From: Eledone cirrhosa
Lineage: Eukaryota
Reading direction: 5' to 3'
Assembly: GCA_964016885.1 (NCBI GenBank)
Contig: OZ024741.1
Location: 434,001-498,000, forward strand
DNA length: 64,000 nt
Part shown: positions 51,782-64,000 of the stretch, piece after piece
How the letters are laid out: the number at the start of each line of letters is the position of its first letter
Numbering within the stretch: the stretch's first letter is position 1
Made by a program: the position numbers and the translations under genes
Notes under the pieces: model-generated
What the model was told of the DNA's origin: nothing
Database searches by the model: none
Seen by the model: the letters and a program-made list of their open reading frames with translations, nothing else

Positions 51782-52850
51782 TCATCATCATCATCATCAT
51801 TTAACGTCCACTTTCCACGCTAGCATGGGTTAGACAGGAGTTGTCCCACTTGAGGCAAGGTTGGTCAGGTGACCGTGCCTCGCTCATATAGGACTATCTG
51901 GCAGGTTTTCTATGGCTGGATGCCCTTCTAACACCAATCACATTTACAGTGTGGAACTGGGAACTTTTTACCGTGTTACCTACACGACCACATTACAGCG
52001 TGGACTGTGTGTTTTTTTCTTGTGACACCTACACGATCTCGATCTCCATCTTTTTTATCTCATTTATTTGGACTGGATGTTGTAGTACCAACTTTATAGA
52101 GAGGGGTTGGTTTTGGTGGGAGTGGGAGGATAGGGTAGTGGATTGGGGTGTATATTTGGTTAAGAGGTGCCTACTGACTGTAGGTTTCGCTTTGTACATA
52201 GGCAAGGCGGGTCTTCTGTATTACTGCGTAGCGCCAAAGATCTTGGTCCAGTGACATTGTCTTAGAGAGGTGCAAGTGTGTAAGGTCGGAATTTATCAGA
52301 TCGTCCCAGGTTTTTCTGGGTCTACCTACTCCGTAACTACCATCAATTTTGATCGCCCTGCACTTTTTTATACAGCTATCGTCTTTCATGCGCATCACGT
52401 GGCCATACCAACGTAGTCTTCTCTCGAGTAAACAGCATCTGATCCCTCTTATTCCTAATTTCTCACTTAGTTCATTTATGCTTTGCCGTTCACGTATATT
52501 ACTATTACACATCCAACGGAGCATGCATGCTTCGTTCCTTTTCAGTCTATGCAGGTCCTCTGCACGCAATGCCCATGTCTCACTGCCATGTAGCATTGCT
52601 GTTCGTATACAAGCATCATACAATCTGCCTTTCATTTTTAGAGAGAAACCTTTTGTGGCCAACAGCGGTATAAGCTCTCTGAACTTTTTCCATCCCGTTC
52701 TGACTCTGGCTACTGTACTTTCAGAACACCCTCCACCACTGCTGATTTCGTCACCCAGGTAACGGAAAGTGTCTACTATTTCTGTAGAACCATCTGGGCA
52801 ATAGAAGGGGCTAGTATCCTGTGGACACTTGCTACCTATTGCACCTGAGC
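51782..52850 (-). mobile_element. RTE-clade LINE 3' fragment with UTR
   Basis: ORF 52171-52662 is nearly identical to the C-terminus of the 9424-11085 protein. Confidence 0.9.
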
Positions 52851-52854
52851 ATAC

Positions 52855-53285
52855 ATCATCATCATCATCATTTTACGTCCGCTTTTCCCTGCTTGCAAGG
52901 GTTGAATGGGTCCTATTCAGCACAGCATCTCTCCACTTGTAACGGTCCTTCGCCATCTCCTCCGTGAGTTACAGTGATCTGAGGTCTGCTCTCACCACCT
53001 CCGCCCATGTTTTTTGTGGTCTACCTCTACTGCGTCTTCCTTCTACTGGGATTTCTTGGCACTTCTTTACCCAGCGGTCATCCTCCATGCGCATCACATG
53101 TCCATACCATCTCAGCCGTCACTCCTGCACACCACAACTTATCCCTCTTATACCCAGTTTCTTTCTCAACTCGTCTATGCTTGGTCGTTCACGCACATTG
53201 ACACTGCACATCCGACTGAGCATACTTGCTTCAATTCTCTCCAGCTGTCGCATATCCTCTGCAGTTGCTGCCCATATCTCACTAT
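52855..53285 (-). mobile_element. RTE (short-tail lineage) 3' fragment
   Basis: Reverse complement of the 13355-13765 type sequence. Confidence 0.87.
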
Positions 53286-53346
53286 ACATATATATATATA
53301 TAAAGTGACAATAAGAATTGCAGCTTTTTCTAAACTTTATTTCAGA

Positions 53347-53935
53347 CTAGCAGTGGTACCCGGCGTTGCACGGGATAAGGTATTGTGAAATATATAACCG
53401 CCTTAGCTAAGCTTAGTATTGCCACAACCACGGCTGGCAAAGAAGTAAGGGTCTGGTGGTACGTTAGTAAGCAACACTGTGGCTTAAAACGTGAGGAAGA
53501 AGTTGTGTGCACTTACGAACTGTTTGGGGAATGAGTGTGCGATTTGTCTTGAGCAAGAGTTGCAGAATAACCGGAAGCAGCAGACAGCCAGACATTTAGA
53601 CAGATATTATAAGGGCGCATTCTGGACGCAGAGCGAATTGTAGGAAATGATGTAATGCAGACAGCCAGACATACAGAGAGATATTATAAGAGCGCGACGT
53701 TATATGTATCTATCTAAAAAGAGAAAGACTAAGAATTATAGAGAGAGATCGCTAAATCGCCTAATGCAGTCCCTAGGGCATTGAAAATTTGAAATTTTTT
53801 TTTTTTGCTCAGAACACCTGAAACATAAGTATTACATGTGTAAAGTTTGAAAAGAGTCGGTTGTGTGGTTCTCTAGTTTTAGGGATTCAAACTCACACAC
53901 ACACAGACAGACATCCTCAGTTTTATATATATAGA
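53347..53935 (-). mobile_element. Non-autonomous Helitron (589 bp), directly followed by the 3' end of a second Helitron-like element at 53936-~54210
   Basis: Minus strand: 5' TCTATATATATAAAACTG and 3' cccgtgcaacgccggg hairpin + CTAG|T. Confidence 0.75.
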
Positions 53936-54474
53936 CTAGCAGAAAACCACCCGGTGGGCGGTTTTCTGCTAGCAAATCTAGTGTATATACTGATATTGTT
54001 GAGATTTGGATGAGAAAGGTTTTCGGCACCACATGTTCACTGTCTCTCGGTGTGTCTTTTATGCATGTATAAATATATATGTTATCTATACGGTGAAATC
54101 TTTGAAATAAATATATGTTAAAACGAAAAAGGAGAAAAAGAGATTAGTGACGGAAATATAAACGTTATGATACATAAACGTTATGATATAACGATGGAAA
54201 TATATCTTCAAATGGTCCTTGGCATGGTGTCAAGTCAGAACCGCCTCGAACTGGTTACTTCTGGCTTGTGCAAGGTGTCTCTATAGCAACCAGCGATTCC
54301 CCCCCCCGGCTTCAGTGACCAAAGTCAGTGGAGAGGGGAAGGTAATGTTTCTATAGTGACAGTGTTTCTCTTGGTAGTACCAAAGTGGAGAAAGGAAGGG
54401 GAAGGTAATATTTCTGTAGCACCTACGTTTGAGTTTTAGGGAAGGACAGACAGACAGACAAACAGAAATGCCCA

Positions 54475-55325
54475 TATATTTCTGTGTGTGTATATATATA
54501 TATTACACACACAGAAATGTATATATATTTCTGTGTGTGTATATATATATATGTATATATATATATATTATGTCAGGTCACCAGTTGGTGCTACTGGTAA
54601 CATGTATCCCAGTACAACCTGTCTCATGGTCGGGACGTTGGCGACTAAACTGGCAACCCCACCAAGGTTTCTTGGTGAGGAGGGTGACTTTGGACATCCT
54701 GCAGGACTAAAAACAAAACCTGTCAAAGGGCAAAGGAGCTCTTAAGAGTCAATGGCCATCCAAAATCACCGGGAGAGATGACCCCTTAGCTTTTGTCAAG
54801 GCAGAATTCTAGGAGAAGGAAAACTCTGATATAACACCTGCAACTCTGATGGTATCCAATGATGTTGACTTGTTCTTCTTTTTGGTAAATATCATCTTGG
54901 TTAAGAGAGTGGGACTGGCTTTGTGCAGTGCCTTTGCTCACTATAAAAGCTTCACGGCACAGGCATTGCTTTATATCTGGAGATCTCTCTGCACTTGTCG
55001 TCACATGGTACCATGAGCCCAGCACTATGTGTCAGTAATTGTCACAAGTGTAGTGTTTGTACCAGAGTTTTCAAGTCGCTGGCTGAACTAAAAAGCCACG
55101 CTCGTTCAGCGCATCGGTAGGGGTTCTCCTACACGGATATAAGGTAGTGGCCGTACTCGAAAACGAGTTGGCAGCCACCATATATATATATATATATATA
55201 TTACACACACAGAAATGTATATATATTTCTGTGTGTATATATATATATTACACACACAGAAATGTATATATATTTCTGTGTGTGTATATATATATATATT
55301 ACACACACAGAAATGTATATATATT
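54475..55325. repeat. Palindromic minisatellite (cacacagaaatgtatatatatttctgtgtg..TA), interrupted at 54572-55179
   Basis: About five units of ~45-50 bp, each self-complementary. Confidence 0.85.
54572..55179 (+). mobile_element. Internally deleted RTE derivative (5' UTR + unassigned middle + 3' end)
   Basis: 5' UTR-type ctaggagaaggaaaactctga; 3' CSVCTRVFKSLAELKSHARSAHR* and end ggccgtactcgaaaacgagttggcagccacc, similar to 4579-4609. Confidence 0.65.
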
Positions 55326-55911
55326 CCTAAGAACAAAATTATTATTAATGTTTTGCTGTTCATAACAATTGGAATTTAAAAATTACTTTTGAAATTATTA
55401 GTTATTTTACTAATGCTTAGATATGTAAAAATGAAGCAATGTTTCTAATAATTGTTTCTACTTTTGGCACAAGGCCAGCAATAACCCAGTACATTACTGG
55501 TACTTTATTTTATCGACCCCGTGAGGATGAAAGGCAAAGTTAACCTTGGCGGTATTTGAACTCAGACCGTAAAGGGACGTAACTCCATGCTATGAAGCAT
55601 GGTGTCCGACTCTCTACAGATTCTGCCAATCCACCGCCCTAATGTCTGTACGTAATGAGGGAGTGAGAGGGGAGAGAAAGAAAGGCAGAGGTGAAGTGAC
55701 GAAGTGACTCTCTCCTCCTCCTCCTCCTCCATCTCCCCATTCGTCACAGCGATAGAGGGGAGGAATGTTAGTGTGTTACAAAGAGAAAGAGTGAGAGAAA
55801 CAGACAGACTAAAAGAGAGGGATAGCTGGAGAGAGAGATAGCAACCACGCGCGCACGTGTTTCCACTGTCGGACAGACAGACAGAGAAATTGCTGGATAT
55901 ATATTACAAGG

Positions 55912-56912
55912 AGATTACAAATTGTTTCTATATCAAACAGCTCTGGTTTGATCCCGAGCTGATCCCGACTCTTAATCGACACTTCTTCAGATATGAGAGT
56001 CTATATGGGTGGTCCCATCCAAACTGTTGACATATGTCCTGTTTGTTTTATATATATGTTATTGGGTTATGGTGGGTGGGAGACAAGAGTGGGTAAATGG
56101 TGAATAGTGGTTTTCAATGTGACAGAATTATAAAGAGTTGTAATTGGGATAGGTATAAAATTTTCTTTAGATGAAATTATAAATATCAAAATTGGAAAGG
56201 AAGCAGCTGTTAAGTGGTCAGCAGAAATTCCGGCCAGTCTGGGGCCATATTGTTATGAGGGATAATGGTAAACATAGAAGTGAGGGGAGAATGAGAAGTG
56301 GAGGAGGTAGAGGTGGTGGTTATGTTCTTCATGGTGAATATTATTGTGATGATGGTAGTGGTTATGATGGTGATGGTAAATTAGAAGATGAAGGGGAAGG
56401 TGGTCATGGTAGAGATGGTGAGGTTAAAGATGAATGGCGACAGGGATGAATTAATGTTTAAGTTTTGATGTTTTAGGAATGGAGCTGTTTTGAAGTTAGA
56501 GGAGATAAGATGAAAAGGAATATGGAATGAAATGAGATAAAATAAAATAGAATGAAATGAGGTGAAATCGAGTGAGATATATGGAAAGTGGTTGTTTGGG
56601 ATTGATGAATTAGGTGAATATACAAAGTGATTGAAACAATATTACTTGGTTGGGGTAGTCTGTTATTGATAGTGTTTGTTGGGTTGGTATTCCTGAATGA
56701 TAGGGCCGAGAATGTTGTGTTTCTGGCATGTCAGCATCTCAGCAGTATTTTGGAATTCAGATTCACTGGGTTTTTTAATCTGGTAATCTCCACGGCTTTG
56801 GCAATACAAAGCCGGAGATTGAAGTGTTGAGTGCTTAACCAAGCTCCAGTATAACCTGACCCTAGTTTGCGAGTCTTTGAGTCTCCATACAAAGTCTGCC
56901 AGTCTGGTGCAC
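55912..56912 (-). mobile_element. Old Naiad-type PLE 3' fragment with a terminal hammerhead motif (55912-55994)
   Basis: TRLADFVWRLKD..LYWSLV..RLCI..NLNSK..CQKH resembles the GIY-YIG C-terminus. Hammerhead: at CTGAAGA a gtgtcga..cagctc/gagctg..ttgatat a GAAAC aattt GTA at. Confidence 0.6.
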
Positions 56913-57296
56913 GATATATATATATATAAAGTGGTTATGTTGGTACCACAATAAAATATACCCAGTATACTATGTGAAGTTGCTGTTAGGAAGAACATCC
57001 AGCTGTTTTAACTATGCCAAAACGTGGAACATCAGAAATATTAACAAATCTCAGAATATGAAAGCCTATCTAACCCATACTAGCACGGAAAACATACTTG
57101 AAATGATGAGGAGAATGATTATCATCATCATCATCATCATCATCGTTTAGCGTCTATCTTCCACGCTAGCATGGGTTTAGATGGGAATCGTCCCACTTGA
57201 AGCAAGATTGGTTGGGTGACCGTATCTCACTCGTATAGGACTACACACACACACATTTCTGCATTGTAGGTATGTATGTATATATATATATATATA

Positions 57297-57915
57297 TGGT
57301 ATGGTCTCGTGATGCGCATGAAAAACGACAGCTGTATAAAAAAGTGCAGGGCGATCAAAATTGATGGAAGTTACGGAGTAGGTAGACCCAGAAAATCCTG
57401 GGACGATTTGATAAATTCCGACCTTGCACACTTGCACCTCTCTAAGACAATGTCACTGGACCGAGATCTTAGGCGCTATGCAGTAATACAGAAGACCCGC
57501 CTTGCCTATGTACAAAGCGAAACCTACAGCCAGTAGGCACCTCTTAACCAAATATACACCCCAACCCACTACTCCTACTCCATCCTCCCACTCTCACCAA
57601 CACCACTCTTTCTCTGTAAAGTTATGTTGGTACCACAACATCCAGTCCAAACTAATGAGATCGTGTAGGTGTCACGGCACAAAAAACCACAATCCCCGCT
57701 GTAATGTGGCCATGTAGGTAACACAGTAAAAACCTTCCAGTCCACACTGTAAATGTGGTTGGTGTTAGGAAGAGCATCCAGCCATAGAAAACCTGCCAGA
57801 TAGTCCTATATGAGCGAGACACGGTCACCCGACCAATCTTGCCTCAAGTGGGACAATTCCTGTCTAACCCATGCTAGCGTGGAAGATAGACGTTAAACGA
57901 CGATGATGATGATGA
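57297..57915 (+). mobile_element. RTE 3' fragment with UTR
   Basis: WYGLVMRMKNDSCIKKC...QKTRLAYVQSETYSQ; near-identical, inverted partner of 51782-52410. Confidence 0.9.
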
Positions 57916-57944
57916 TAACCTCTTATATTGTTTTTGTAAAATGA

Positions 57945-58400
57945 TGGAAGACTTGGGATGAAGTAATAAAAGCTGACCTTGCACAATTACACCTCTCAAA
58001 GGCAATTACCCAGGATCACGACCTGCTATCCCTTATCATTCACCTCCCTTAGCGGTAATAATACCTCCCCTACTACCCTGTCCACATCTTTTCCCCCCAA
58101 GCCCCTCCACCCTCCCTAGTCCCCACTGTGTTGTGTTTGTGACACAACAAAGGTGTCCAGTCTACACTGTAAAGAACATCCAGCCCACACTGTAAAGTGG
58201 ATGTGTAAAAGACACAACAAAAAGTACCCAGTTCACACTGTTAATGTGGTTGGCGTTACGAAGGGTATCCAGCCATAGAAAACCAGCCAGAAACAGTCCT
58301 ATATGAGTGCGACAGGGTCACCCGACCAACCTTGCATCTAATTGGTACAAACCCGTCTAACCCATGCTAGCATAGAAGATAGACGTTAATTGACGATGAT
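57945..58400 (+). mobile_element. Older RTE 3' fragment
   Basis: KTWDEVIKADLAQLHLSK plus a degenerate UTR tail. Confidence 0.75.
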
Positions 58401-58680
58401 GATATAAATATATATATATGTGTGTGTGTATATGTATATATAAAACACACACACACATATGTGTCCATGTGTATATATATATATATATCATTTAACATCC
58501 ATTTTTCCATGCTTGCATGGATTAGACAAGTTGTCGTGTTATGGGACATGTCAGTTCCAGAGACTAAATGCTCATACTAGCATGACCTCTATAGATGGTT
58601 GAGTTGGGATCTCCTGTCACCAACACAACCATCTTAGAGAGTGTATTTGGAGCTGTCTCTTTTCATGTTATCAGTTTCAT

Positions 58681-58812
58681 CCCATTACAGGATGGACTGG
58701 GTACTTTTGATGTTGTAGTACCAGACCCCATTACAGGATGGACTGGGTGCTTTTGATGTGGTACCAGACCCCATTACAGGATGGACTGGGTACTTTTGAT
58801 GTTGTGGTACCA
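58681..58812. repeat. Three tandem 43-46 bp units
   Basis: cccattacaggatggactgggt(a/g)cttttgatg..gtacca x3; resembles the repeated motif of RTE 3' UTRs on the minus strand. Confidence 0.8.
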
Positions 58813-59682
58813 AATTGCTATATATGGTAGACAAAGTGCTTTTTGTCATGGCAGCAGCATTATGGGATTGGGGAGAAGATTTGGAGCATGTCCTTCTTTC
58901 CATGCTTGTATGTAGGGGTTGAGCATGACAGGAGAGGTACCACAGAAACATGTAAGGTGGGGAAGGGAGGAGGGAGTATGTAAGTTGGACATTGATGAGA
59001 TGAGTGATGTATTTAGTTGCTGACAGTGATAGTATTCAGAAAGGTGAAGTAGGGAGGAGTTGAGGAATGCTGGTTGCAGGTTACTGTCTTCTACATGTTG
59101 TATCATCCTGTGACATGGGAAGACAGGTCTTCTGCAGTACATCATGATACCAGAGATCCAAATCTGCAATACAGCATATATATATATATATGTTGTATTG
59201 CAGAAGATAACAAATTCAAGTATGTTTTGCAGCGTGAGGACCAGAAACAGTAGGCGTTCAGGATTGCAAGTCAGTGTGTTATGGAAAATTGTGATGTTAT
59301 TGTTGAGAAGTATGTTTGTGATGATAAAGGGACACTTGCCCATACTGATACTGAGGATTCTACCCCAACAGCCCTCTCAGGAATATGTGGATGAAAAAGG
59401 AGAAGGAATTGTTAGAAATTGAAACAAAAGTTATAAGAGAATCTCTACAACAGATCTACACAATATGTTGGCAAGTTAGAGAAGTGACCTTAAATCAGTT
59501 GTAATAATGATGATCCTAAACTTTTAACAATTTAGGAGAACATATATAAAAATTAGTTTAATTTTTTCTTCTTATTTTTGTGTTTGTTGAAGGAGGGTGC
59601 ATGAATGTTACGCCAGTGTCGTTTAATGTGGCAAAAGATGTTAAGAGTTAATGATCTTTTTTATTATCCTTTATTTTTTCAG

Positions 59683-59775
59683 ATCCATATAATGAGTAAA
59701 GTTAATAACGTTTTCTATAATACAGTATGGGACGAACAGAAAAATGTGCAGGGTTTTTCTATGAAAATTAAGGCC
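59683..59775 (+). CDS. ADAM17: Next exon of the ADAM17-like gene
   Basis: tttttcAG acceptor, GTATGT donor, 93 bp, phase 0, in frame with the previous exon. Reads IHIMSKVNNVFYNTVWDEQKNVQGFSMKIKA, comparable to human [30 protein letters not shown]. Confidence 0.85.
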
Positions 59776-62009
59776 GTATGTTACAATCTTTACTGTTAAT
59801 TATTTATATATTTACCTCTGTGTTCATCTGTTTATATGCAGTTATGTATTATTCTATCTAATTAGAAAATAGTTTTATTAGAAGGCCACAGCAATGCAGA
59901 TACAGCTTTAAAGATGGTAGTTGTATAATTGTCATTAATATTTTGGAATTTGATCCCTTATTCAAAAGAAGAGTTGAGAAAACTTACAGTAGGATGTGTT
60001 GCTCTTATTTTGCCATCCTGCCCTGTATTAGTTTCCTCCACTCTACAATTTGATGAAGGGATTTTATCCTGAAATATTAAAGACCATTGAACAATTAAAT
60101 GATATTCCAGCATCTTTGTTATCAGTATTTTTAACATTTAAGTCCTACTTGCATTGCTGTAGCCTTCTAATAAAACACTCATCTCTACACTTTATACAAT
60201 GTTTCAAGCAAACTACAGCGCCCTCTGTATCTATGCATTTATTAACTTGGATGATCCCCCATAGATTTGACAATGTGTGTTTCTATACGATCAACTGAGT
60301 GTTTGACTTGTTAAATTAATGTATTAAGTTGTAGTGTATTCTACAGATATTTGTATCTTTAATGTAATTCTGAAGATGAATCAGTGCTAGACCTTTGAAT
60401 TAGAGGTACAATCATTTTGACAGTCTTCTGCACAATCTCTATCTACCCAAACTGACTCATATGGTTTGGATGGACCCCAGGCTATAGTAACACCATGTTA
60501 TGGTATTGAAGCTTGGACCTGATAATTTCATAGCAAACATCTTTACTCACTCATGTGTGCATCTATATTCATTTGACCTAGACACTAAAGAGACTATATA
60601 GCACAATCTTCAAAATTTAGTTTTACAATACTCTTGGTTCAAATCCTATTGTTGTCATCAACCTTACTTCCAATCTCAGTAACACAGTTTATATTTCAGC
60701 AGACCATCATAAGGTTTACTCTAGCTGCTGGTACTCCTTTTCAGCTGAGTGGACTGAAGCAATGAGAAATGAAGTATCTTGCTCAAGGACACAATGCACA
60801 GCTTGGTCTGGAGATGGGACATAACTTTATAATTGGGAAACCAACATCCTAACAAATAGGCCCTGGCAAAAGCCTCCAAAAGGGTTGCAGACACTGCTTT
60901 TCTCTTATTTACTAAACAGTGGAAAAAAACTGTATTACTATCGTTGTAATCATTATGATGTAGGGTGGTTGTTTGGTTGAGTCATTAGAGCCTTGGACAA
61001 ATGTGCTGCAGCATTTCTTCAGCTATTTTATGTTCTCAATTCAAATCCTGCCGTGGTCAACTTCATCTTTCATCTTTTCGGAGTCAATAAGTACCAGTCA
61101 TGTAAAGGTGTTGATTTAATCGACTTTCCCCTCCCCCCAAAATTACTGGCCTTGTGCTTAAAGTATAAATGATTATTATCATCTTCACTGTTTAATGTCT
61201 AATTTCCATGTTTGCATGGGTTTGATGGGTTGTCACATACTGAGGTTAGACTAGCCAAGTGACTCTCAGTTTTTGGCTTTGTTTCTATGGTTGAATGCCC
61301 TTCCTAGCACCAACCACATTATAGTGTTTACAGGGACCATATTTTTTTACTCCAGCACTACCACCTTACAGGGTGGACTGAACAGTTTTCATCATGGCAC
61401 CATAACTACTACTTTATAGAGTGAGCTGGGTGCATTTTTATCATGGCACCAGCAGTGGTATTGATGAGAGTTGGGTAGGGTCATACCATCATGGTAGAAG
61501 TGTTGGTTCATGGAGGTGACCTTGATATGAGTGAGTTAGAAGTAGGTGTCGCTGTCTTTTTCATGTAGGTATGCGTTAGATAAGTGAAGTAAATCAGAGA
61601 TGTGGGTGGGATTAGGGAGTACATCTTTCTTCCATGCTGACATGGGTTGGACAAGGAAGGTGAATTGTGGAAATCAGAGGGTGAGAGGGGGAAGCATGAT
61701 ATTAGGTGAAGGGTTCATCTTTCTGTGCTGGCATCGGTTAGATAAGGAAAATGGAAGTGAAGAATATGGATGGAGGAGGAGTGGGGGGAATAGTTGAGAG
61801 AATTAAATTGGGGAAGATGGACAGAGGAGTCAGGTCTTTGCATGCTGGCATGTGTTTGGTTAGAAAAGAAGAAATCAGGGGTGTAAATGAGAAGAGTGAC
61901 TGGTTGATGGTGATAGGGTAGGGAGTATTGGGGCTTATAAAGAGTATGGATGAGATAAGGAGTCAGTATGGGGGTTTATACAGATTATTACACTTCCCTA
62001 CTTGTGTTT

Positions 62010-63650
62010 CACCCTGCTCATGTGGGAAGGGAGTTTTCTTTTGTGCTAACTTTATTTTTTCCATATGTCTTACCAAGTCTGCCTTTCTAAATTATTGTAT
62101 GTTTCTTCCATGTTATTTATCCATTCTGCATTTGCATTATGAGATTCTTCTGTACTCCATACTCTTTTCCAAAATTCACCAATCTCATGAATTGAAGGAG
62201 ATCCTTTTACCTGAATTGTCTCTGTCCTGATTTCTCCATAAAACCTCCTTTTTGCATCAAACATAAACAGCTTATTTTGTCTGTAAAACCTATTTCGTTT
62301 TTCTAATTTTCTGATTCTTTAAGCTTTCAGGGTTTCTTTGGTTGATGGAATATCAAGTTTTGAAGTTACGTTGTATTTCATAATCACTTTCCTTCCTTTT
62401 CTTGCCTTGACATACTTCCCAGCACAGATTTGATCTAGGATCCATATTTCTCCCTCCGTCATTTCAATTTCTTTCACAATTTTTATTTTCCAGATTGTTT
62501 TTTTTTTAATCTTTTTTCTTGTGAGTGTTGTGTCCTTTTCATTTTTTCCTTAACCCTTTAGCATTTGCATTACTCTATATATACTATTTTTGCAGTAAAG
62601 GCTTTATCTTACATAATTATCTCACATAATATCAAATTTATGAGATTTTGATATTATTTATTTTGAAAACAATACTTTAACATTGGTATGAGTGGCCTGT
62701 TTGAACAGAAGAGGTGAGAGAATTCTGGCCGGATACAGCCGGTTTGAATGCTAAAGGGTTAACCTAGATTTCCTTTCTATTACCATTTCTACTTCATAAA
62801 TAACCTCATTCAATTCTGATATATCAGGCTCTATCTCTTCAATTATTGCTTTAACAGCCTGATTTCCAATTTTTATGTGTCTTTTGTTCTGGTTGTTGAT
62901 TCTCAATTTTTGCAAGAACTCTTTAACCCATACTAATGTTTTGGGGGTTCATTGAGAATTTCTTGTTTTGTTTGTTCTTTGCGTTCATGAGTAGAAATAT
63001 CCTCATCCATATTGTCAACCTGTCTTTCATCTTGACCCTGCTCTGTTGGGTTTCGGATACTTTCAATTTTTTGTGAAATTTCTTCTGGTGACAATATAGT
63101 CAATAAGTTTTGGGGTTTCTCTTCTGTCGCTCAACATTCTTCTTGATTTCATTTAACTCTGCATTTAGTTTCCAAGAATGTCCTTTCTTACATTTGCAAA
63201 ATTGTTTTCATCCATATTTGGTCTCGTGTCCAAATTTCTTTCCCTCCATAAAAGAATTTTCTGTGTTTTGATTCTGGCGGTTTTTCTCAATGAGTGATAG
63301 AATGCATATATCACTCTTTTATACTCGTCTTGAGTCCATTTGATGCATTTAAATTTTTGTCTTCCTTATGGTGCTGAACATGGAGAGCTTGGGTTGAGAT
63401 TACTCTTGATGAAGTGACCATTCAAGTGTGTATTTGGAGAAAACCTTGTTTCAGCGGCATACTTGTTGACTCTAGGCTGATTCCTCCCTGAGGGATGTGG
63501 CCCTTGTTGACCCAGGCAACAACCAACCTGATATGTGTTTTTGTCTGTAGGCATTGTGGTTTTTTTTTCTTTTTGCATTTTATCCTTCACTGCCTAGGGG
63601 TAATTTTGTTCCAAATACCACCTCAAGGACGATTATCAACCAGGATTAGT
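62010..63650 (-). mobile_element. R4/Dong-like non-LTR retrotransposon, N-terminal part, degenerate
   Basis: IKWTQDEYKRVIYAFY near 63300-63350 and FDAKRRFYGEI...PSIHEIGEFWKRVWS..HNANAEWI, typical of the pre-RT region of R4-clade elements. Confidence 0.65.
62554..62758. mobile_element. piggyBac-type MITE (205 bp)
   Basis: TTAA-ccctttagcatt ... aatgctaaaggg-TTAA. Confidence 0.85.
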
Positions 63651-64000
63651 GAGCTCATCCATCAGATGCCAGTTATATATTTCTTGGTCATGATTATTAT
63701 TAGAGCTGTCCTTAATGTCTTCTTCTTGTAAACGCTTTGCAGTTAATATAAAAAATCATTACTACTACTACTACCATCACCACTACCACTATTATTATTA
63801 CTACTATTATTATTATTATTGTTATTTCATTTATCTTGCTTTATGTTCATACGAGTTATCACCAAGTCACAACCAGTGACCTCAAGAGATAACAAGGTCT
63901 GCCATGTTCAAGAAATTTTTTTAAAAACCATATACACACATGTATCTTTAGGTGTTTACACTTGTGATATACTTATATCGACAGAATTTTCCTAAGTAGA

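Noticed and set aside
56192-56449. Gly/Asp/Glu-rich ORF
   Set aside because: Purine-rich strand of a decayed PLE 3' region, with no splice or homology support.
58681-58812. CRISPR-like repeat array
   Set aside because: Units are contiguous with no unique spacers, the context is eukaryotic, and there are no cas genes.
60340-60410. Possible next ADAM17-like exon after ctacag
   Set aside because: The phase-0 frame hits a stop within seven codons and shows no similarity to the expected segment.
63590-63680. Possible HDV-like ribozyme at the 5' end of the R4-like element
   Set aside because: Only a weak cgtccttg L3-like motif; I could not build P1 and P2.

Overview
This is AT-rich, microsatellite-laden eukaryotic DNA. 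The repeat families point to a coleoid cephalopod, probably an octopod (inference). The only host coding sequence I can support is two + strand exons of an ADAM17/TACE-like metalloprotease (49875-50044 and 59683-59775). The rest is intronic or intergenic and almost entirely transposon-derived: many RTE LINE copies (one lineage with a PHD-like finger inside the RT, another with C-terminal C2H2 fingers), Tx1/L1, CR1 and R4-like LINE fragments, two tRNA-derived SINE families, Helitrons, mariner/pogo/hAT/piggyBac relics, a 212-bp-arm foldback element and a recent ~6 kb tandem duplication. The most notable content is a dense set of Penelope-like elements (PLEs): a nearly intact Naiad-type element with 1.17-kb direct repeats (16294-21107), a Neptune-type element with an inverted terminal repeat (24669-30254) and several fragments. 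I could fold about ten type I hammerhead ribozyme motifs by eye at PLE ends. Four carry the non-canonical U3-A8 core, three of those also have a very long stem II, and nearly all lie just upstream of a (TA)n tract. There is also a candidate HDV-like ribozyme at the 5' end of a 0.6-kb internally deleted RTE. All structures were read by eye; no database search or folding program was run.
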